DNA of 12,469 nucleotides from a virus: UHGV virus genome UHGV-0112027; one strand, 5' to 3'. Shown piece by piece: positions 7,057 to 12,469 of this stretch (position 1 is its first letter; each line of letters starts with the position of its first letter). The notes under the pieces were generated by a model. It saw only the letters and a program-made list of their open reading frames with translations, ran no database searches and was not told where the DNA came from. The position numbers and the translations under genes were made by a program.

Positions 7057-7089
7057 AAAGCCCCCGGCCACCGTGCCGGGTTTTCTTTT
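7057..7089 (+). terminator. Rho-independent terminator ending the cI-cargo transcription unit
   Basis: A-run, then stem CCCGGC (7063-7068) / GCCGGG (7075-7080) with a 6-nt loop, then TTTTCTTTT (7081-7089). Confidence 0.7.
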
Positions 7090-7175
7090 GCCCTCCCCTC
7101 ATCACACACACCGTTAAAAAAACCACCATAACCTCGCTTCAGTTATCGCTATGCGATTCAAGTCACAAAATTAAT

Positions 7176-7262
7176 TCTTTTTGCTATCAAACATTTAATA
7201 TCAAAACACATCAACTAATAGCAATAAGTATTGATATCACCAATAGCAATAGCTATTATCAC
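7176..7262 (+). promoter_or_regulatory. OL/PL-like region: rightward promoter TTGATA-N17-TATTAT with overlapping operator repeats
   Basis: -35 TTGATA 7231-7236, exactly 17-nt spacer, -10 TATTAT 7254-7259; AATAGCAAT motif at 7217-7225 and 7242-7250 (same motif as in OR); inverted-orientation copy TTGCTAT at 7181-7187. Confidence 0.5.
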
Positions 7263-7536
7263 CATATCGCAACAACACAACGATACGGCAACCACCTGAT
7301 TCACCGTTGCGATGACCGCTTAGATCCGCAGCTTGAATTTCAGCAGGCTTCGGGGAGTGCGAGGGATGAAACGGACGCGTGAACGTCGGTGTGACCAGCT
7401 GAAATTAACTCAACATTTCATACCTTAGTCGCTTCAACGAGGCGGCTTAGTTATGACAACCGGCGGCCATCCACCGCCTGAATACGCGCAGAAGTCTCTA
7501 TATGTTCAGCAGCCCAGCTTACGGGCAGGAGTTTTT

Positions 7537-7743
7537 ATGGTTCATCAACATTACGGAACGCAGACCGTTAATCGCGGCGCGGTCATGCCAGGAATGCTGG
7601 TCAAACACAAAGATGGTACCTGGACTGCATCAGCTAATTTACGCGGACGGCTTTATCTGCATCGCGGCATCGAGCGCACTTATACCCGTGATTTGCTCGT
7701 GGAAGTTTTTCTCGACGGACGCGGTAACGGCCTGAATCACTAA
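7537..7743 (+). CDS. Hypothetical small protein (68 aa) upstream of gam, in the kil/cIII position but not resembling either
   Basis: ATG 7537 with AGGAG 5 nt upstream (track ORF 7453..7743 has no RBS at its first ATG); product [29 protein letters not shown]...; ends at the junction where lambda-like sequence begins. Confidence 0.4.
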   Translation: MVHQHYGTQTVNRGAVMPGMLVKHKDGTWTASANLRGRLYLHRGIERTYTRDLLVEVFLDGRGNGLNH

Positions 7744-7818
7744 TCCCCTTTCCTGTTTTCCTAATCAGCCTGGCATTTCGCGGGCGATATTTTCACAGCC
7801 ATTTTCAGGAGTTCAGCC

Positions 7819-8115
7819 ATGAACGCTTATTACATTCAGGATCGTCTTGAGGCTCAGAGCTGGGCGCGTCACTACCAGCAGATCGCCCGTGAAGAGAAAG
7901 AGGCAGAACTGGCAGACGACATGGAAAAAGGCCTGCCCCAGCACCTGTTTGAATCGCTATGCATCGATCATTTGCAACGCCACGGGGCCAGCAAAAAAGC
8001 CATTACCCGTGCGTTTGATGACGATGTTGAGTTTCAGGAGCGCATGGCAGAACACATCCGGTACATGGTTGAAACCATTGCTCACCACCAGGTTGATATT
8101 GATTCAGAGGTATAA
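7819..8115 (+). CDS. gam: Gam (RecBCD inhibitor), 98-aa short form
   Basis: Product [60 protein letters not shown]... matches the recalled lambda GamS almost exactly; AGGAG RBS; in-frame TAA at 7762-7764 upstream. Confidence 0.9.
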   Translation: MNAYYIQDRLEAQSWARHYQQIAREEKEAELADDMEKGLPQHLFESLCIDHLQRHGASKKAITRAFDDDVEFQERMAEHIRYMVETIAHHQVDIDSEV

Positions 8116-8120
8116 AACGG

Positions 8121-8906
8121 ATGAGTACAGCACTCGCAACGCTGGCTGGGAAGCTGGCTGAACGTGTCGGCATGGATTCTGTCGACCCACAGGAACTGAT
8201 CACCACTCTTCGCCAGACGGCATTTAAAGGTGATGCCAGCGATGCGCAGTTCATCGCATTGTTGATCGTCGCCAACCAGTACGGCCTTAATCCGTGGACG
8301 AAAGAAATTTACGCCTTCCCTGATAAGCAGAACGGCATCGTTCCGGTGGTGGGCGTTGATGGCTGGTCCCGCATCATCAATGAAAACCAGCAGTTTGATG
8401 GCATGGACTTTGAGCAGGACAATGAATCCTGTACATGCCGGATTTACCGCAAGGACCGTAATCATCCGATCTGCGTTACCGAGTGGATGGATGAATGCCG
8501 CCGCGAACCATTCAAAACCCGCGAAGGCAGAGAAATCACGGGGCCGTGGCAGTCGCATCCCAAACGGATGTTACGGCATAAAGCCATGATTCAGTGTGCC
8601 CGTCTGGCCTTCGGATTTGCTGGTATCTATGACAAGGATGAAGCCGAGCGCATTGTCGAAAATACCGCATACACTGCAGAACGTCAGCCGGAACGCGACA
8701 TCACTCCGGTTAACGATGAAACCATGCAGGAGATTAACACTCTGCTGATCGCCCTGGATAAAACATGGGATGACGACTTATTGCCGCTCTGTTCCCAGAT
8801 ATTTCGCCGCGACATTCGCGCATCGTCAGAACTGACACAGGCCGAAGCAGTGAAAGCTCTTGGATTCCTGAAACAGAAAGCCACTGAGCAGAAGGTGGCA
8901 GCATGA
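8121..8906 (+). CDS. bet: Bet (Red-beta single-strand annealing protein)
   Basis: 261-aa product [59 protein letters not shown]... matches recalled lambda Bet. Confidence 0.95.
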   Translation: MSTALATLAGKLAERVGMDSVDPQELITTLRQTAFKGDASDAQFIALLIVANQYGLNPWTKEIYAFPDKQNGIVPVVGVDGWSRIINENQQFDGMDFEQDNESCTCRIYRKDRNHPICVTEWMDECRREPFKTREGREITGPWQSHPKRMLRHKAMIQCARLAFGFAGIYDKDEAERIVENTAYTAERQPERDITPVNDETMQEINTLLIALDKTWDDDLLPLCSQIFRRDIRASSELTQAEAVKALGFLKQKATEQKVAA

Positions 8907-9583
8907 CACCGGACATTATCCTGCAGCGTACCGGGATCGACGTGAGAGCTGTCGAACAGGGGGATGATGCATGGCACAAATTACGGCTCGGCGTCATCAC
9001 CGCTTCAGAAGTTCACAACGTGATAGCAAAGCCCCGCTCAGGAAAGAAGTGGCCTGACATGAAAATGTCCTACTTCCACACCCTGCTGGCTGAGGTTTGC
9101 ACCGGTGTGGCTCCGGAAGTTAATGCTAAGGCGCTGGCCTGGGGAAAACAGTACGAGAACGACGCCAGAACCCTGTTTGAATTCACTTCCGGCGTGAATG
9201 TTACTGAATCCCCGATCATCTATCGCGACGAAAGTATGCGCACCGCCTGCTCTCCCGATGGTTTATGCAGTGACGGCAACGGCCTTGAACTGAAATGCCC
9301 GTTTACCTCCCGGGATTTCATGAAGTTCCGGCTCGGTGGTTTCGAGGCCATAAAATCGGCTTACATGGCCCAGGTGCAGTACAGCATGTGGGTGACGCGA
9401 AAAGATGCCTGGTACTTTGCCAACTATGACCCGCGCATGAAGCGTGAAGGCCTGCATTATGTCGTGATTGAGCAGGATGAAAAGTACATGGCGAGTTTTG
9501 ACGAGATGGTGCCGGAGTTCATCGAAAAAATGGACGAGGCACTGGCTGAAATTGGTTTTGTATTTGGGGAGCAATGGCGATGA
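8903..9583 (+). CDS. exo: Exo (lambda exonuclease, Red-alpha)
   Basis: 226-aa product [40 protein letters not shown]...GFVFGEQWR matches recalled lambda Exo; ATGA overlap with bet. Confidence 0.95.
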   Translation: MTPDIILQRTGIDVRAVEQGDDAWHKLRLGVITASEVHNVIAKPRSGKKWPDMKMSYFHTLLAEVCTGVAPEVNAKALAWGKQYENDARTLFEFTSGVNVTESPIIYRDESMRTACSPDGLCSDGNGLELKCPFTSRDFMKFRLGGFEAIKSAYMAQVQYSMWVTRKDAWYFANYDPRMKREGLHYVVIEQDEKYMASFDEMVPEFIEKMDEALAEIGFVFGEQWR

Positions 9584-9741
9584 AGCATCCTCACGATAAT
9601 ATCCGGGTAGGCGCGATCACTTTCGTCTACTCCGTTACAAAGCGAGGCTGGGTATTTCCCGGCCTTTCTGTTATCCGAAATCCCCTGAAAGCACAGCGGC
9701 TGGCTGAGGAGATAAATAATAAACGGGGGCTGTATGACTGA
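9580..9741 (+). CDS. orf60a-like small protein of the lambda exo-xis region
   Basis: 53-aa [56 protein letters not shown], hand-translated (below the track size cut-off); ATGA overlap with the exo stop; N-terminal sequence as I recall for lambda orf60a. Confidence 0.55.
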   Translation: MKHPHDNIRVGAITFVYSVTKRGWVFPGLSVIRNPLKAQRLAEEINNKRGLYD

Positions 9742-10291
9742 TTTCACCGGAAGCAATACTCCTGCCGAACATCGCGACAGCTGGCGCACACCACCAGAGA
9801 TTTTTGCTGCGCTTAATGCAGAGTTCGTTTTTCAACTTGATGCTGCCGCCAGCGAAAAAAACCGACTATGTCGGCTTTTTATCTCACAGGAGCAGAACAC
9901 ATTAACCACTTCATGGCCTGAAGCAATGGGATATGCCTCTGGTTATGTCTGGTTGAATCCACCATACAGCAATATTTCCCCTTTTGTGAAAAAGGCAGCC
10001 ACTGAAAACAAATTCAGTAGTGTGGGATGTGTAATGTTATTGCCTGCTGACACATCTGTCGGATGGTTTCATGAAGCGATACAAACCGCCAGTGAGGTCA
10101 GATTCATCACGGCAGGACGACTGGCATTTATTAACCCACTCACTGAGAAACCCGTCAGTGGAAATAATAAAGGCTCGATGCTCATTATCTGGCACCCATA
10201 CCCCCGTACACACTGCCACTTTACGACCGTTGATCGTGGAGAGTTGATGGCGTTCGGCTCAAGGATTCTTGCCCGTCGGGAGGCTGCATGA
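9734..10291 (+). CDS. Phage orphan DNA N6-adenine methyltransferase (Dam family)
   Basis: 185 aa with the hallmark NPPY motif (VWLNPPYSN) and the conserved FQLDAAAS segment typical of the phage Dam N6-MTase family; overlaps the orf60a-like stop. Confidence 0.85.
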   Translation: MTDFTGSNTPAEHRDSWRTPPEIFAALNAEFVFQLDAAASEKNRLCRLFISQEQNTLTTSWPEAMGYASGYVWLNPPYSNISPFVKKAATENKFSSVGCVMLLPADTSVGWFHEAIQTASEVRFITAGRLAFINPLTEKPVSGNNKGSMLIIWHPYPRTHCHFTTVDRGELMAFGSRILARREAA

Positions 10292-10371
10292 CAACCACGG
10301 AATGCATTTTTCTGGCAGCGGGCTTCATATTCTGTGTGCTTATGCTTGCCGACATGGGACTTGTTCAATGA
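10288..10371 (+). CDS. Putative small hydrophobic peptide (27 aa), translationally coupled on both sides
   Basis: ATG 10288 overlaps the MTase stop (ATGA) and its own stop overlaps the next ATG (ATGA at 10368-10371); product MTTTECIFLAAGFIFCVLMLADMGLVQ is single-TM-helix-like. Confidence 0.35.
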   Translation: MTTTECIFLAAGFIFCVLMLADMGLVQ

Positions 10372-10583
10372 CACCTCAGCAGGAAAACGCCCTTCGCAGC
10401 ATTGCCCGTCAGGCTAATTCTGAAATCAAAAAAGCCAGACAGCAGTTTCCGGATAAAAACGTCGATGACATTTGCCGTAGCGTACTAAAGAAGCACCGCG
10501 AAACGGTAACGCTGATGGGATTCACACCGACTCATTTAAGCCTGGCGATCGGCATGTTAAACGGCGTCTTTAAGGAACGGTGA
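10368..10583 (+). CDS. Small exo-xis region protein (lambda orf61/orf63-like), 71 aa
   Basis: ATG 10368 (the track start at 10269 is upstream in the same frame); product MTPQQENALRSIARQANSEIKKARQQFPDKNVDDICRSVLKKHRETVTLMGF...; position corresponds to the lambda orf63/orf61 block. Confidence 0.55.
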   Translation: MTPQQENALRSIARQANSEIKKARQQFPDKNVDDICRSVLKKHRETVTLMGFTPTHLSLAIGMLNGVFKER

Positions 10584-10681
10584 ACATGAAAAGCAAAATC
10601 ATCAGGGAGCTACAGGCTCCTTTTTTATTATTCGCATTCACCCTCAAGCGTATTAACCAACAATTCAGGGATTAATGGAAG

Positions 10682-10900
10682 ATGGCAGACATCATTGATT
10701 CAGCATCAGAAATCGAAGAATTACAGCGCAATACAGCAATAAAAATGCGTCGTCTGAACCACCAGGCTGTATCTGCCACTCATTGTTGTGAGTGTGGCGA
10801 TCCGATAGATGAGCGAAGACGCCTGGCTGTTCAGGGTTGTCGGACTTGTGCAAGTTGCCAGGAGGAGATCGAACTTAAGAACAAACAATGGGGACTGTGA
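10682..10900 (+). CDS. TraR/DksA-family C4 zinc-finger protein (lambda orf73-like)
   Basis: 72 aa with CxxC-N17-CxxC (CCECGDPIDERRRLAVQGCRTCASC), typical of phage TraR-like zinc-finger proteins. Confidence 0.7.
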   Translation: MADIIDSASEIEELQRNTAIKMRRLNHQAVSATHCCECGDPIDERRRLAVQGCRTCASCQEEIELKNKQWGL

Positions 10901-10947
10901 TGGCCTCAAAGCAGCAAATTTCAACATCGTCCAACTGAGGTGTAAAA

Positions 10948-11226
10948 ATGTTCAGAATCATTTTTCCTAACACCTGGTACGTCGACCACCACGGCACTCC
11001 CTGCAAAATCCTGCGTTCTACCCACAACAAAGTTCACTACATCCGAAAAGGCAGAACATGTATCGCCAGCATGTTCCGCTTTAATCATGACTTTGAACCT
11101 GTGAATAAAGCTGATGCAGATCGGATAGCAGAAGAGATCGAAACGGCAGAACACATTAAGAAGTTACGTGACATGCGTTCAAAAAGCAGAGGTAACCATG
11201 GAATCATACAGCCTCACACTCGATGA
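10948..11226 (+). CDS. Hypothetical exo-xis region protein (92 aa; occupies the lambda ea8.5 position), His/Cys-rich N-terminal half
   Basis: ATG 10948 with AGGTG RBS 5 nt upstream; His/Cys-rich (HHGTPC...HNKVH...C) suggesting metal binding. Confidence 0.55.
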   Translation: MFRIIFPNTWYVDHHGTPCKILRSTHNKVHYIRKGRTCIASMFRFNHDFEPVNKADADRIAEEIETAEHIKKLRDMRSKSRGNHGIIQPHTR

Positions 11227-11286
11227 GGCCTGTACATATCTGATAGATCCGCTATATGGCGGTTTCTTTTTGCCTGGAGAATTAAG

Positions 11287-11478
11287 ATGACCGATACCAG
11301 CCTGATTCCTGAGAAAGAAGTGATGAACAAGCTCGGTGTTTCATCACGTCAGACAATCTGGAACTATACCAAACGGCACGGATTTCCGAAGCCAGTCAGA
11401 ACCCACCCCAAATCATACCTTCGTGAAGCTGTTGAGGGGTGGATTCTTAACGGTGGCGTTAATCAGAAATGCTCCTGA
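11287..11478 (+). CDS. AlpA-family excisionase / prophage regulatory protein (Xis-like HTH)
   Basis: 63 aa; GGAGAA RBS; motif LGVSSRQTIWNYTKRHGFPKPV is characteristic of the AlpA/Vis family; lies adjacent to the integrase. Confidence 0.8.
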   Translation: MTDTSLIPEKEVMNKLGVSSRQTIWNYTKRHGFPKPVRTHPKSYLREAVEGWILNGGVNQKCS

Positions 11479-12469
11479 TGTGCCAGAACAATTTATCAGC
11501 GTGAAGCTCATACGCTTTGCGCTGAGCCTCTATCCAGTCGTGTTTATTGTATACGGACATTATCCCGCCAAGTTCATGACCGAGCATTCGCTCAGTAACA
11601 TGAGGCTCGACATTCATCTCGGACAGACGTGTAACAAGCGTTCTTCTGAAATCATGTGTTCGCCAGTAACCTAGATCCATCCCTCCCCTTATTCTATTTA
11701 CGAATCGGTTGGCTGCAGCGATGCTGATCGGTTTGTTTATGTCTTCTCCAGGGAAAAGAACATCATTGTACGTTGTCATGGCCTTTTCGAGAAAAGGCTT
11801 AATTTGTTCGAAAATTGGACGACGGATAACATTACCCATCTTGCTATGCTCTTTCGGTACGGTCCATACGTTGTCCAGCAGGTCAAATTCTGTCTTTGTT
11901 GCCAGCCTAAGCTCTGAGAGCCTCGCCCCCCACAGCATAAGCATCTGATGAAGTAGCTTATTTGACGTAGACGCACGGCTTCTTTCAATAGCAAGCCAAA
12001 TCTTAGCCAGTTCGTGATACGACAGTACCCGATCCCCTACCTCAGCGCGGGAGCCGAAGTCCCTTGGCTGGATGCTCATAATTGCGCAACTATCTATCAA
12101 CTGACGCCGCATGCACCAACTTATTGCTGATCTTAGTTGACTTAGCACCTGCCTTGCTCGGCGTGGATTATCTCTTTCTTCTTCGGTAAGCAGGTCAACC
12201 CATTGCTTAACCGTGATAGAAGATGCCGGACGATTAGGAAAGGCGTCATGCATGCGCTTCATAACCGTTGATCGGTAAAGTGCCTGGGTCTTTTCTCTGA
12301 GAGTTGTAGAGACGTAGTTGTCGAACCAGTAGTCGAGACACTGGGCGACCGTCATGGAGTTCTCCACCTTCTCTTCAAAATAGGTGCGTGGATCCGTTCC
12401 TGAGAAATAGAGCTTTCGCAAGTCAGCGGTGATCTGTCTGGCATCCTTCAAAGACAGGGATGGGTATCG
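11459..12469 (-). CDS. int: Tyrosine-type site-specific integrase, partial (N-terminus beyond window end)
   Basis: Open frame to the window edge (the track start at 12451 is an internal TTG; upstream codons RYPSLSL are in frame); C-terminal catalytic signature HDFRRT ... GHELGGIMSVYNKHDW (R-H-R-Y). Confidence 0.9.
   Translation of the reverse strand, partial: RYPSLSLKDARQITADLRKLYFSGTDPRTYFEEKVENSMTVAQCLDYWFDNYVSTTLREKTQALYRSTVMKRMHDAFPNRPASSITVKQWVDLLTEEERDNPRRARQVLSQLRSAISWCMRRQLIDSCAIMSIQPRDFGSRAEVGDRVLSYHELAKIWLAIERSRASTSNKLLHQMLMLWGARLSELRLATKTEFDLLDNVWTVPKEHSKMGNVIRRPIFEQIKPFLEKAMTTYNDVLFPGEDINKPISIAAANRFVNRIRGGMDLGYWRTHDFRRTLVTRLSEMNVEPHVTERMLGHELGGIMSVYNKHDWIEAQRKAYELHADKLFWHIRSISD

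Noticed and set aside
7453-7536. Longer 96-aa version of the ORF upstream of gam, and the overlapping frame 7502..7735
   Set aside because: The first ATG lacks an RBS while the internal ATG at 7537 has AGGAG at ideal spacing; the alternative frame has no start context.
8003-9789. Minus-strand ORFs from the six-frame track (8003..8275, 8082..8558, 8684..8977, 8734..9000, 9263..9574, 9457..9789)
   Set aside because: They lie antisense within the strongly supported bet and exo genes, have no RBS support and no recognisable motifs; most likely spurious frames in GC-rich coding DNA.
1-12469. tRNA genes, IS elements or an att site within the window
   Set aside because: No cloverleaf-like conserved tRNA features, terminal inverted repeats or transposase ORF were recognised; the integrase 5-prime end, and hence the likely att/host junction, lies beyond the right edge of the window.

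Overview
This window is the central early region of a lambda-like (lambdoid) temperate prophage, probably enterobacterial, with mosaic gene content. Reading left to right: (i) a leftward PR-type operon on the minus strand: Cro-like (YdaS-type), YdaT-like, an O-like replication initiator containing five origin iterons, P, Ren, then nin-region small ORFs including an ea22-like gene interrupted by an in-frame TGA; (ii) an immunity module with a CI repressor (HTH plus S24 peptidase) flanked by OR- and OL-like operator clusters; (iii) an AT-rich cargo cassette (about 5.95-7.03 kb; one 285-aa ORF plus a small overlapping ORF) sitting exactly where lambda carries rexAB, between cI and a strong terminator/PL; (iv) a rightward PL-type operon: Gam (98-aa form), Bet, Exo, orf60a-like, an inserted Dam-family N6-adenine methyltransferase, small exo-xis region ORFs, and an AlpA-type excisionase; (v) a convergent tyrosine integrase truncated by the window edge. 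The best candidate for an undescribed system is the rex-position cargo, a likely superinfection-exclusion or abortive-infection module with no family I can recognise. Protein identities are from my recollection of lambda and related proteins; no database search was run, and no tRNA, rRNA, CRISPR or IS element was seen.
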